Position numbers and translations under genes: made by a program. From assembly GCA_000004985.1 (NCBI GenBank), contig GG738852.1: a DNA stretch of 64,000 bases; one strand, 5' to 3'. Each line of letters begins with the position of its first letter. Within the stretch, counting starts at the first letter, position 1. This document shows positions 11,015 through 22,078 of the stretch, piece after piece. Source of the stretch: Naegleria gruberi. Taxonomy: Eukaryota. The notes below the pieces were generated by a model. The model searched no databases, was not told the DNA's origin, and worked only from the letters and a program-made list of their open reading frames with translations.

Positions 11015-14000
11015 ATGAGAAACCTCCAATTAATTCATCATCAAGAAATTTCTCTTGTTGAAGCTCTGATTGCCAACAATGATGAAGTTGTTTCTTGTAC
11101 CTCCACCGACAGTGATGTCTTGTTCGGATTATCAAAGAATGGTATTCTCTTTCAAGTGGATATTAAAGAGGGTGCTATAGTAAAGACGGTTAATCTTGGA
11201 GATATTGATGGAATTACACCACAAGCAGAAATGATTGATATTCAATATGTTGCAGAATTGGAATCACTTATTATTATTTCTCAATTTGATATTATTACTT
11301 TTAATATTTCTAATGATACTAGTGAAATTACAGCTTCTATTGAAGAGGGTATCAACGCAATGTCTTGGAGTCCTGATCAAGAAATTGTCATCTTCTCAAC
11401 AGGTAATGGAAATTTACTTACCATGTCCAAACATTTTGAAACTCTCACAGAAGCTCCTTCCGATTTAATACCAACAAAATCCAATACTAGTACAAATACT
11501 GCTGTTAAACAACAAGCAAAACTTACAGAGGAAGTTTCCTCTCGTTTCATAAATAGACCTTTACCAGTTGAAATTAGTTGGAGAAATGATGGTCAATACT
11601 TTGTTTTAAATAGTATGGATCCATCCGATGGAAAGAGATGGTTAAGAGTTTGGGAAAGAAATGGAAATTTAGTTTCAAAGTCGGAACCAATTGATGGTTT
11701 ATTGGGTAATGTTGTTCATTATAGACCTGATGGTAGTATTATTGGTACACACCAATACCATCCTGGTAAAAAGGAAACTACTATTGCTTTCTTTGAAAGA
11801 AATGGTTTGCAACATTATGATTTTGTTTTAGAAAAGGGAATGAGTGATATTTATTCACTTCAATGGAATTCCACTTCAGATGTTTTGTGTGTCACATTCA
11901 AATCAGCTAGTAGAGAAAATACAGTCCTTGTTCAATTGTGGTACAGAGGAAATTATCATTGGTATCTCAAACAAGAATATTCATTCAATGAAAGTGAACA
12001 AGCTCCAACTCATATTACTTGGGATTCAGAATCAGCATATAGACTTCACATTTTCTGTAAGAATGCTAATTATTATTGTTATGATTTATGCTGGGATCAC
12101 AACATGTCACATGGAATGACATCAGAAAATCCATGTTTCATGGCCGTGATTAATGGATTGAAATTGAATTTGACACCACTCAGATATGCTGTCATTCCTC
12201 CTCCAATGTGTGCTGAAAGTATTACATTTGATTTACCAATTAATTGTGTTTCATTCAGTGATTCTTCAAGATGTCTTGCTCAGTTATCTGATGGATCATT
12301 CCACCTCTATCAATTTTCCACCTCTAACAAACCACCAAAATTTGGTTTACCACCAAGCAAACTAGGATCTATCAAACCACTTTCAAATAATCCAGTTAGA
12401 CTTTTGACCATGATTAATGAGAATACTTTCTGTTTTGTTCCACTTACAATTCCAGGTAAATCAGATGCCTTGGTTATTTGTACTATTAATGAAGATTTCA
12501 CGTGTGAAACAAGAGAAGTCTCCTATCCTGAATCCATTCTCAGAATTGCTTACCATTCATATACCGGTAATTTGTTCATTGAAGGAGAATCTGGTGCTCT
12601 CTTTAAACAAAAGATTAATGAAGATATTCCAGAAGAATTAGAAGAAAGATTCGAATATCCATGTCAAATTATTGCTCCAACCATGATGGGCGAGGAAGAA
12701 GTTGTTGTTGGTTTGAATCATAGAGGTATTTTATTTATTGGTTCACACAATGTTGTTTCCAATTGTTCCTCATTCTCTCTCACTGATCAATTCTTACTTT
12801 TCACAACCATGTCACACAAGTTGAGAATTATCAATCTCCATCTTTCAGTTTATGATGCTGTTGATATTGCTGCTAGTGGCCCAACTTCAAAGTACGATGA
12901 AACCTTTAGAGAAATTGAAAGAGGTGCCAGATTAGTTTGTGCAGTTCCATCAGATCTTAACGTTATTCTTCAAATGCCAAGAGGTAACTTGGAAGGTATT
13001 ACCCCTAAGGCTCTTGTACTCTCTAGAGTTAGATCATTATTGAATAACTTTGAATATGGAAAGGCTGTTGTTGCAACTAGAAAGTACAGAATTGATATGA
13101 ATATTATTTATGACCACAACCCAGAATCATTCATTAACAATGCAAAGAAGTTCGTTGAAGATGTTGATAATGCAGACTATATCAACTTGTTCATTTCAAC
13201 CTTGACCAATGAAGACATTACCAAGACTAAATTTGCTGGTTATCATTCTGATGGTAAAACAGTAAAGGGCGAACATCAAACCACAATCACTGAAGTTAAC
13301 AAGATTAACAGAATTTGCGACAAGCTCAGAGAAGTCCTTAATGAAGTTGATAAGAAGAAGTTTATTTCCTCTATTCTGACAACCTATGCTAAATATCAAG
13401 CACCAATGTTAGAAGAAGCTTTGCAATTAATTAGAGAGCTCAAAGCTGCTAATGAAAGAAAGCATTCAGAAGCTGATGAAGCTTTGAGTTATTTGGTATT
13501 CTTGATTGATGTCAATATTCTTTATGATATTGCTTTGGGAATGTACGACTTTGATTTAGTTTTGATGGTTGCTCAAAAATCTCAAAAGGATCCAAAAGAG
13601 TACCTTCCATTCTTGGCTAATCTCAAGAAAATGGAACAATATTATAGACAATACAGTATAGATATGCATCTGTCAAGATTTGAAAAGGCTTTGGAAAATA
13701 TTTCCAAGGCAGGTGCTGAACATTTCCCTGAAGCTGTTGCTCTCATTAGAGAAAAGGGTCTCTTTAAATTGGGTATGCAATTATATGAAAGTGACAAGGA
13801 TAAGCTTTTAGTTATTTTTGAAGCTTATGGTGATTATTTGGTTTCTGTTGGCAATCACAAACAAGCTGCCTTCTCTTTCCTCAAATGCAAAAAGTTCGAA
13901 AAGGCTCAACAATCATTCTTGGAAGCTGGTGAATATGAATTTGTATTCTCACTTACCAAAACTTTGAATCAACAAGCTCAAGACATTAAGAAGATTGCTA

Positions 14001-14830
14001 AGAGTGCTATGATTATCATGGAAGCTAAGAAGAACTATATTGCCTCCTCAAATATTTGTCGTGATTACCTCAATGATAATGAAGAGGCTGTTCTTAGATT
14101 GGTTGCTGGTAAGGAATGGAAGGAAGCAATCAGAGTTGCCATTTCAACTGGAAGAAGCGATCTTATTGAAACCCACATCAAACAAGGAGTTTTTGATTCT
14201 GCTAAGGAAATTACCAATGACTTGGCCGAAAATGAGACTAAATTGTCCAAATATATTAGTCGTCTTAAGGAATTGAGAGAGGAAAAGGAAAGAATATTGA
14301 GAGAACAATTATTATTACAACAACATAATGATGGAGAATTTGGTGAAGATATGCCACACAATTTTGATGCTCTCTCAGAGGCTAGTAGTATGCAAAGTGG
14401 TATCAGTGGTTATTCTGGTGTCTCAGTTTTATCTACAAGATCATCTGTTTCATCAGTCGTTTCAAAGAGAACAATTTCAAGAAAGAAGAAGAATAGAGAA
14501 AAACTGAAGAAGGGTTCACCATTTGAAGAAGGTACTTTGGTTTCAAGAATTGAATCCCTTATACCATCATCAGTGTCTATTTCTTCCGTTTCTTCACTTT
14601 TGGAAGTTCTTATTTACTTTGACAAATTCGAGGAGGCTAAAGCTTTACAAGTTGGTCTCGAAACCCTTATCAAGACTTGTCGTGACAATGCCGAATTGAT
14701 TGAAGAACCATTCCAACCTCCACAAATTGAAAATGAACCAGTTCCTCCAACAAGATATCCAAGAAAAGTTGCTGAAATTATTGGTGGTGATTTGGACAAG
14801 TTATCTTGGAAATTGAATTTACTTGAATAA
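11015..14830 (+). CDS. ELP1: Elongator complex subunit 1 (ELP1/IKI3)
   Basis: The 1271-aa intronless ORF has an N-terminus MRNLQL, AMSWSPDQE and GNYHWYLKQ blocks characteristic of ELP1 WD propellers, and a C-terminal basic patch RKKKNREKLKKGSPFEEGTLV matching the IKI3 C-terminal region. Confidence 0.9.
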   Translation: MRNLQLIHHQEISLVEALIANNDEVVSCTSTDSDVLFGLSKNGILFQVDIKEGAIVKTVNLGDIDGITPQAEMIDIQYVAELESLIIISQFDIITFNISNDTSEITASIEEGINAMSWSPDQEIVIFSTGNGNLLTMSKHFETLTEAPSDLIPTKSNTSTNTAVKQQAKLTEEVSSRFINRPLPVEISWRNDGQYFVLNSMDPSDGKRWLRVWERNGNLVSKSEPIDGLLGNVVHYRPDGSIIGTHQYHPGKKETTIAFFERNGLQHYDFVLEKGMSDIYSLQWNSTSDVLCVTFKSASRENTVLVQLWYRGNYHWYLKQEYSFNESEQAPTHITWDSESAYRLHIFCKNANYYCYDLCWDHNMSHGMTSENPCFMAVINGLKLNLTPLRYAVIPPPMCAESITFDLPINCVSFSDSSRCLAQLSDGSFHLYQFSTSNKPPKFGLPPSKLGSIKPLSNNPVRLLTMINENTFCFVPLTIPGKSDALVICTINEDFTCETREVSYPESILRIAYHSYTGNLFIEGESGALFKQKINEDIPEELEERFEYPCQIIAPTMMGEEEVVVGLNHRGILFIGSHNVVSNCSSFSLTDQFLLFTTMSHKLRIINLHLSVYDAVDIAASGPTSKYDETFREIERGARLVCAVPSDLNVILQMPRGNLEGITPKALVLSRVRSLLNNFEYGKAVVATRKYRIDMNIIYDHNPESFINNAKKFVEDVDNADYINLFISTLTNEDITKTKFAGYHSDGKTVKGEHQTTITEVNKINRICDKLREVLNEVDKKKFISSILTTYAKYQAPMLEEALQLIRELKAANERKHSEADEALSYLVFLIDVNILYDIALGMYDFDLVLMVAQKSQKDPKEYLPFLANLKKMEQYYRQYSIDMHLSRFEKALENISKAGAEHFPEAVALIREKGLFKLGMQLYESDKDKLLVIFEAYGDYLVSVGNHKQAAFSFLKCKKFEKAQQSFLEAGEYEFVFSLTKTLNQQAQDIKKIAKSAMIIMEAKKNYIASSNICRDYLNDNEEAVLRLVAGKEWKEAIRVAISTGRSDLIETHIKQGVFDSAKEITNDLAENETKLSKYISRLKELREEKERILREQLLLQQHNDGEFGEDMPHNFDALSEASSMQSGISGYSGVSVLSTRSSVSSVVSKRTISRKKKNREKLKKGSPFEEGTLVSRIESLIPSSVSISSVSSLLEVLIYFDKFEEAKALQVGLETLIKTCRDNAELIEEPFQPPQIENEPVPPTRYPRKVAEIIGGDLDKLSWKLNLLE

Positions 14831-14842
14831 AGATCTTATTTA

Positions 14843-17221
14843 TTATCTTCTCTGATTGTAAATAGTTTCAATAGTTTCGTTAAATCGTTCTCTTGCATTT
14901 CGTCCAAGTTGCGTATCAATCTTTTCTATTGCCTCCTTGGTTTCTTTCTTTAATTGTTCTGTTTGAGCAAGCAAATAGTCTGCATTTTTCATATACTCTG
15001 TTTCTACAAGGGAAGTCAATTTCTTATATTCTTCAATTTCTGCAATGTGGATATTTTTCTTATTAAGCAATGCAGTGTCAACATTTGCTTCTTTCAACTT
15101 TTCCAGTTTTGATTTGATCTTGGAGTTTTTAAGAATGTTTCTTAGTGCCTTTTCAATTGTTTCTGTTTGGGAGGGACCAACATCTTCTTCTCTATTGACC
15201 TTGTCTGAATTTTCTGTATCAACTTTGGTTGATTTTATAGTGTCTCTCATTAATGTGGAAGCAAGAGTACTCATTAAATTGTCATCAAAATCACTTGGCA
15301 ATAATAAGCTTCCTCTGGAAAAGTTGAGAGAATTCCTTGTGGAGATGGCAAGTTGCATTTCCAATTTTCTTCTAACAGCCTCAGAAGAAAATGGCATATT
15401 ATCAATATCAATACCAATTCGTTGCAGATAGTCTTGGTAGGTTTCTTGGCTTCCAATTGTGGATACACTAATATTATCATCATAGTCAACCTGATGAATG
15501 TCTTCTTCTTTTGGATCCTCTCTCCCAATATGTATCACTCGTTCTTCATAGTAAGGTATTTCAACTGGTGTCATATCAATGGTTGATTCTGGTTGTTTTG
15601 GACTATCCTTCTTCCTCAAATCATCAATATAAATAATTTTATCCAAGTACACGGGAGGGACGTAAGGTTTGTGAAGAGTTTCTTCTGGTTGTTCTTCTTT
15701 CTTTTCTTCTCCTAGAATTATCACCCTCTCTTCGAATGGTGGTGGTTTTGGTTCTTCATCCTCAATAACCGGCTCTGATTTCACAACAGTTTCTATCTTT
15801 GCAGGTAAAATCTCGACGGGTTTCTTTGGTTCTGCTTTTTTAGGAGTTTCTTCAATTATTCTTTTTGGGATGGCTGGCTCGACTGGTTTCTCAAGTTGTG
15901 GTATTAATTCCTTGGCAATAGATTCTTTCTGTATTGGATATGATTGTTCAGTAACAGAATGGATAGGCATATTGGCAATGGATTGTTGAACTGGTTGAAT
16001 TTTAGTGTTGGAATAGGTCAAAATTGTTGGTTTGTCTGAAATTGTTACTGATTTTCTCAATGAATTTGAAAGGGTAGTTGGCATGTAATCTTCCAATTCA
16101 TAGACAATATGAACTTCATTGGATTTGGGTATTTTCTGCTCATTGGAATTGAAGAGAGGAATGTTGCTTACGTTATGAATTGGAATATCAGCCTGAAAAG
16201 CAGGAATTTGGGAAGAAGCAGCTTGTGGTGGCTTTTCTGGAAATAGATTTGTATTGTTTAAAATGGCAATGTCTAGAAGAGAGTTATCATTCCCCTCGCG
16301 CTCTTGCTTTTCAAGAATTTGAAAATATGTTTCCAGGTCAATAATCCTAGAATGCAAATGCCCCGAATGTCTAAAGGCATCGAATAGGTGATCCTTACAA
16401 TCCTTTGGTTCCTCCTTCTTTGGTTCAATTTTTACAGGTGGGGATGTTTGTTTTGTTTGGATTGGTTTTTCTTGTGTTTTTAAATCAATTTGAACACCCT
16501 TATCACTGGTGTCAATTATTGAAGATTCCTCAACTGTTGACTCCTCAACATATGTTGGTAATATTTGCTTTTGATTGTACTGTGGAAAGTTTGATTTCAA
16601 AAGTTGAATAGAAATATTGTCAGCAACAGAGTTTTCTTTCGAATCGAATCGTTTGTAGAGTAGCCTTTGCTTTTTCTTTTGATCTTTTTTGAGATCTTCT
16701 GTTTGAATAATATTATGTGAAGGATTGAATGGATCCAATAATAGTTTTTCTCTGTTTTTTGATTTCTTTTCCTTCTTTTTGAGTTTTCCATCTGGGTTCA
16801 ATAACTTAGGTTGTGGTGGAGGTACGTAAGGATGATAGGGATGATAAGGAACTTGTTGATGTTGAGGGAATGGGAAAGGGACTGGATGGAAGGGGATCTG
16901 ATTATTAGTATGATAGTACAAATCTTGATGTAAACGATGAGTATCCCTATCTAAATACTCATCGGAAGGTACTTCACGATCAGTGATTGTACGGTTAGGG
17001 TTGAGAAGAACACTTTCATCATATCTGGATTGTCTAGGAGGGGGTGGAGGTCGATTAATGTATGGATTATTTACATGATGATGAGGTGGATAAATATTTG
17101 GTAATTGTGGTTGGTGAGGATAATAAGGTGGTAATTGTTGTTGAGTAGGTCTTTGAAAAGGTCTTCTATCTTGAATCCGAAGCAGTCTTACACCAGCTTC
17201 ACTATCTGCCACACCCAACAT
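14843..17221 (-). CDS. Proline/histidine-rich N-terminus, lysine-rich coiled-coil protein (792 aa), function unknown
   Basis: A long uninterrupted ORF with ATG at 17221 has a PPYYPHQPQLP/PYHPYHPYVPPPQP N-terminus, KKKEKK patches, and a C-terminal heptad-rich segment. No recognisable catalytic motifs. Confidence 0.55.
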   Translation of the reverse strand: MLGVADSEAGVRLLRIQDRRPFQRPTQQQLPPYYPHQPQLPNIYPPHHHVNNPYINRPPPPPRQSRYDESVLLNPNRTITDREVPSDEYLDRDTHRLHQDLYYHTNNQIPFHPVPFPFPQHQQVPYHPYHPYVPPPQPKLLNPDGKLKKKEKKSKNREKLLLDPFNPSHNIIQTEDLKKDQKKKQRLLYKRFDSKENSVADNISIQLLKSNFPQYNQKQILPTYVEESTVEESSIIDTSDKGVQIDLKTQEKPIQTKQTSPPVKIEPKKEEPKDCKDHLFDAFRHSGHLHSRIIDLETYFQILEKQEREGNDNSLLDIAILNNTNLFPEKPPQAASSQIPAFQADIPIHNVSNIPLFNSNEQKIPKSNEVHIVYELEDYMPTTLSNSLRKSVTISDKPTILTYSNTKIQPVQQSIANMPIHSVTEQSYPIQKESIAKELIPQLEKPVEPAIPKRIIEETPKKAEPKKPVEILPAKIETVVKSEPVIEDEEPKPPPFEERVIILGEEKKEEQPEETLHKPYVPPVYLDKIIYIDDLRKKDSPKQPESTIDMTPVEIPYYEERVIHIGREDPKEEDIHQVDYDDNISVSTIGSQETYQDYLQRIGIDIDNMPFSSEAVRRKLEMQLAISTRNSLNFSRGSLLLPSDFDDNLMSTLASTLMRDTIKSTKVDTENSDKVNREEDVGPSQTETIEKALRNILKNSKIKSKLEKLKEANVDTALLNKKNIHIAEIEEYKKLTSLVETEYMKNADYLLAQTEQLKKETKEAIEKIDTQLGRNARERFNETIETIYNQRR

Positions 17222-17455
17222 TGAAGAATTATTCAGATGAGCAGTGGTGTATTCTTCAAATATATATTCTATAAACTTTGATGATGAATTACAAGTATTG
17301 TTGTTTTAATAACCATTAATTTTTTTTTGTACTCAAAATGGCGGGAAGTTTTCAAAGTTTTAAGAAATAATGTTATTCCTACGAATATTTTCTATGAGAT
17401 ATTCATTAGCTTTCAATGTAGAGTCGATGAATTGGATAAGCAGTATTGATTTTTC

Positions 17456-17806
17456 CTATTTCCACTCACGTTCTTCTAGTTTTGCTCTTTCTGAGAGTAA
17501 ACTTTCCGATCTCAAATTAAAAACATCCAGCGTATAAACAATAGCCAATGTCAAGACTAAACCAAAACCTAAATAATAATTTTGAGCGAAAAATCTCATG
17601 GAACCTCGCAAGATATTTGCCAAAATTTCTGTGAATGACTTGTTGGCATACTGGATGGAGTCCTTTTTCTTTTCCTTCAAGGAATCGGATTCATCATCAG
17701 GTTTGTTCATGGCATTGACTCTTTTACGAATGGATTCTGCCTTTTCAGCTCTTGATAATTCCTCTTGCTCTTTACTATTATTGTGTGTAATTAATATATT
17801 CTTCAA
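17456..17806 (-). CDS. Small single-TM (tail-anchor-like) protein, unknown; 5' end uncertain
   Basis: The 116-aa ORF has a charged N-region followed by a hydrophobic helix (YYLGFGLVLTLAIVYTL). It begins at an alternative (TTG) codon directly after an AATAG acceptor-like site, so an upstream exon is likely but could not be phased. Confidence 0.35.
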   Translation of the reverse strand: MKNILITHNNSKEQEELSRAEKAESIRKRVNAMNKPDDESDSLKEKKKDSIQYANKSFTEILANILRGSMRFFAQNYYLGFGLVLTLAIVYTLDVFNLRSESLLSERAKLEEREWK

Positions 17807-18250
17807 CTATTTACTAATTTTAAAAACATACTCTCCTCTCAAAAGTGAATATCTTCGTTCCGTAATGCTATTTATATTATTTTTGATTGGATTTTGTTGA
17901 GGGATTAATTTCCGAAGGTTTAAAACATTTCCGAATTGAATATTAAATGATTTAGTCGACCTAGAAATAAGCCCTTGATGTTTTAACATTTTTTTAAAAT
18001 TAATATTGAATAAAAATAAAATCATTTATTTATTGAATTCAATTCTTTTCTTTCATTTTTTAAATAATTATTAATAAATTACAATAAGTTAAAACTAATT
18101 GTCATAAAATAGGAGATATCGTTGATTTTCATCACAGCATAGGTAATATGGATCACCTTCTCAAATCAGGATACAGAAACAAAAACAGAAGAGAAAATAA
18201 ATTATTTTTAAAAAAAATGAAACGTTCACCCAATCCAGAGGGAAACAACA

Positions 18251-20501
18251 ATGAGTAATAAACGTTTCCTCACCATCAGCATCAGCAACATCTCATACAG
18301 TTCCAAATTATGGAACACCAACCTCGGAAGGAAATCAACAATTTAGAAGTGTTTATGGACATGAATCACCAAGCCCTTCCTTTAACAAACCAGGAAGAAA
18401 ACTAAAACTTCACGAATTTGCTGGTGTACAACAATTGGATGAGGGTGATGTTGAATTGGGTGACAATAATACATCCTTTGAAAAACAAAGACATATTCAT
18501 CATGGTACTGACGACTATGAATATACAGCCACACAAGGTGATTCTCATGTAATCACAATTGGAGGCAATGATGATGTTAGTGAAATGGTAGTTGATCACA
18601 ATGGTTCATTCTTTGCAAGAGAGGATGATTATAGGCCTCAACACGGTCTCTACATGTCAGCAGGTAATACTTCTGCATCTTCAATAGATTCGATAGCAAG
18701 TTTTGCCAGTTCTACAGATTTGGATGCTTTAGCAATTTTGAATGACGAAGATATTAAAGGTTTTGTTGCCGAACAATTAGTACCAATCGGAGAAAAACAA
18801 ACAATAGTAGATAGTATCAAACATAGTCATTCACATCTTCGTCCAGCTCTCAATGTAAAAAATCCACAAGGACATCACCATGAAATGATGAATCAATACG
18901 ATCAACAACCAATTGAACCAAGTAATAAGGGTGAGGAAAAAATGGGACTTGTTTCTGCAGCTTCTTCATTCAAAGAAAAGGTAGTAGATTTATTCTCTGC
19001 TGCCAAAACAAGAATCATGCAAAAGGATCAACCAGTTCTTCTACCATCACAAAAAAGAAAACTCAGAGGATGGTTTATGAAAAAGTACAAGAGAGCAAGA
19101 AAAAAGGAGGCTGCTCTTGAAGAAGAAGAAGAAGAAGAGGAGGAGGAAGAAAAGAAACCATCTGATAAAGGAATAATAGAAAAAATTATTAGTTGTTTTA
19201 GATCTGAAAGATCTGAAAGCAGAGTTTTATATACTGAATTGAGTGAAGAAGACAAGATGAAGGTACAATCTTTAATTTTGGATTTAGGGTATGCTCTGAC
19301 TCTTTATGGTATCAGTGCTAACAGAACTGAATATCACTTGACACTTGTCTGTACCTATTTTGGTATAGATGCTTATTTCAATATTACACCAGTTGGTATT
19401 TGGTTTGCTTTTGGTCAAAAGATGAGAGAAGCAGAAAATAGAACATTTTATGTTAAGGTTGAAACACAAATGTTGAACTTGGACAAACTTTCCAAGTTAG
19501 ATAATGTTGCCATGAATATTGCTCGTGGTCGTTTGGGAGTTGACGAAGCAAGAAAAGAAATTGCTAGAATTGTTTCTGCTCCAAATGTATATGAACATCC
19601 AGTTTTCCACATTTTCATGCACTTTATATGTCCAGGTCTTTTTGGCCTATTGTGGAGTGGTAACGTGGCTGAGCTATTAACTTGTCTTTCATCTGGTTTG
19701 GCTATTGCATTAATGCAAATGTTCTTCCAGAGGTTTGCATTTTATAGGAATGTCCAACAAATTATGGCTACAGTTACTGCTGGTATTGTTGGTATAATTA
19801 TGAAAGCTATATTTTATGGAAAATTTGAAGTTTCTGTTTCTTTGGTTGCATTGGCTGCAACGTGGCAATTTTTACCTGGTCAACCTATGGCTGTTGCTTG
19901 TTACGAAATTGCTACTGGTGCTTTATTGAGTGGTATTTGTCGTTTTGTTGTCTCTTTTGTGGTTATCCTAAAATTAGGTTTTGGCTTCCTCATTACTAAT
20001 GTCATTGTTACTAACATTCCTCATTTGGGAGAAAGTGAAATCAACCCGCCAGAAAGAGAAGCCATTCCACTGTGGTTCAGATTCATTATCATGATTGGAT
20101 TGGCCCTTAATATTGTATTTACCAGAAGAGTTCCAAAACATGCATTCTCAATCATTTACATTACCTTGTCTACTGTTAGTGCCCACATTGTTGCCTTCTA
20201 TCTTTCGAGTGTCATGCACAACACTGAAGCAGGTACAATTATTGGTGGTATCTTGATTGGTATTATGGGTAATATTTTCACACTCATTTCCAAAAAGCCG
20301 TCCATTATGGTCGTTGGTATTGGTGCTCTTCTTTTAGGTCCTGGTTCAATGTCTTTCAGAGGTATTGCTGCCTTTGTTTTCAAGGAAACAACAGAGGGTT
20401 TGAATTTGTTATTTGAAATTTTCTGGGTTGGTTTGGCTCTCTTCTTTGGTTTCACAGTTGCTAATATTGTCGTTCCAATCAAACAAAACATTAACGTTTA
20501 A
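18251..20501 (+). CDS. ThrE/DUF1212 family (putative threonine/serine exporter; yeast Prm10-like) multi-pass membrane protein; 5' structure uncertain
   Basis: The region …LNLDKLSKLDNVAMNIARGRLGVDEARKEIARI… and the flanking ≥8 TM helices match the ThrE N- and C-domains. The long ORF frame is open from 18255 but has no in-frame ATG before 18435. ATG 18251 can be joined by a tiny GTAATA…CAG intron (18255..18279 or ..18285). Confidence 0.6.
19119..19153 (+). repeat. (GAA/GAG)n trinucleotide repeat encoding a poly-Glu run inside the ThrE-family gene
   Basis: The sequence gaagaagaagaagaagaggaggaggaagaa is directly visible. Confidence 0.8.
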
Positions 20502-20710
20502 GCAGCTAACTAGTTGGTAAAGTTGCTTCTAAGATTTTAATTTATTCGAGTTTATTAAAACAAATTTTTATTTCAAACTAGTTCAATATGCTACATGTAC
20601 CCTTACAAGATCAAACTTTTAACACAACATTGAAAAATTCGTAAAAATTAAAAGCCTTTATAAAAATGAATAGCAAAAAAATTATTTGCAAAATATTATT
20701 ATTATAAAAA

Positions 20711-21814
20711 ATGCTCAAACGCGCTACCCGTCAATTACTTGTTCGTCCATCATCAACACACCTCAAGTTTATTCAACCAGCATCCGGTTATCATGTCTCT
20801 TTGAATAACAACATTGGTTCCATATTCGATGTTAAGGACTCCAACGACAATGATATTTTCAAATCTCTTACTCAAGCCTTTGAAGAGGACAATAACAACA
20901 ACAACAAGCGCCCAAATAAGAAACAACAACAACAACCACAAAAGGATTCATCATCTGTTCTCATGAGAAGTATTTTCGAAGAATTGAAGAGCACTGACTC
21001 TAACACATCATCACAAAAAGCAACACCTACCACTACCGATGCCTCCAAGTTTGCTTTTGATACATTCTTGTTTGGTGATACCAAGATGGATACCTTGACT
21101 CTTCAATCAGCCACACAAACTGGAGCTTCTAAACAATCTCAAGAGTCCTATTATTTGGGACAAAAAGTTGTTCATGAAGATCCTATTACATTTGAAGTTT
21201 TTGTTGAAGGTCAAGTTAAATTAATTTCTAAAGCTCTCCAAAGAGTTTCAAGTGAACGTGTCGATACATTGTCGAAGGAAACCAGTAAAATGGTGCAATT
21301 ATTGAGAACCGAACAAGCCAAGCTTGAAGATGTTGAATCAACTTTCCTTTCAATTGAAAAGCCAACAGCAGCTGATTTTTCATTGATGGCTAAGGCCTAT
21401 TCCAAAGATATTAGTACTCGTATTGGTGTCAATAACACATACAAGCAATTACATGATCCACAAGCATTTGGTACCATACTCTTACAAACCTATGCTAAAT
21501 TGGGTCAAAAGGATAACATGAATCAAATTTTGGAACACGTCAGCAAGGACTCTTTGGTTTATATCTCTTTACTTAAGAATTTGAAGGAAATGAGAGCCTC
21601 GTTCGATTTGTTGAAGAACTTTTATGATTCAATTCCAGAAAATATGAAGGAAGAAGGATCATTCATTAGAGAAACTTTGAAGAGAGAAGAAAAGGTCAAT
21701 GACATGGAAAATATTCTGTTGAAGGAAGGTGCTCCAATTCAAGGTACTTACTTTAATGCTTTTGTTACCCCAATTTTGGGTTACAATAGGCCACATCCAC
21801 CAGAACACAAATAA
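20711..21814 (+). CDS. Hypothetical protein with a mitochondrial-presequence-like N-terminus (MLKRATRQLLVRPSS)
   Basis: A 367-aa ORF with a clean ATG. It has an N-rich linker and then a globular-looking C-terminal half. No recognised motif. Confidence 0.5.
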   Translation: MLKRATRQLLVRPSSTHLKFIQPASGYHVSLNNNIGSIFDVKDSNDNDIFKSLTQAFEEDNNNNNKRPNKKQQQQPQKDSSSVLMRSIFEELKSTDSNTSSQKATPTTTDASKFAFDTFLFGDTKMDTLTLQSATQTGASKQSQESYYLGQKVVHEDPITFEVFVEGQVKLISKALQRVSSERVDTLSKETSKMVQLLRTEQAKLEDVESTFLSIEKPTAADFSLMAKAYSKDISTRIGVNNTYKQLHDPQAFGTILLQTYAKLGQKDNMNQILEHVSKDSLVYISLLKNLKEMRASFDLLKNFYDSIPENMKEEGSFIRETLKREEKVNDMENILLKEGAPIQGTYFNAFVTPILGYNRPHPPEHK

Positions 21815-22078
21815 ACCATACACAACCACGGTAAAACACATTAAAATAAAGGAACTATTATCACAATTGGATTATTCATTTTTCTGATTTGAGTTATTAA
21901 TATAACAGAGATTCTGATATTCTATAACAACCAACTTTCCCGCTCAATGTACTGAAAGCATTACGATTTTGTGGTTGAGGTGTTTCTCAACTTTAAAAAA
22001 AAATATTAAAAAGCCGTGAGAAAGCTTTTGTATTACTTATCTAAATAACCTCTTCGGCTTTGTATAATTGATATCAAA

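Noticed and set aside
17807-18025. ORF ending at a GTATGT donor that might be a 5' exon of the small TM-protein gene 17456..17806
   Set aside because: The donor phase (2) cannot be matched to any AG acceptor preceding the downstream ORF frame, so I could not build a consistent splice.
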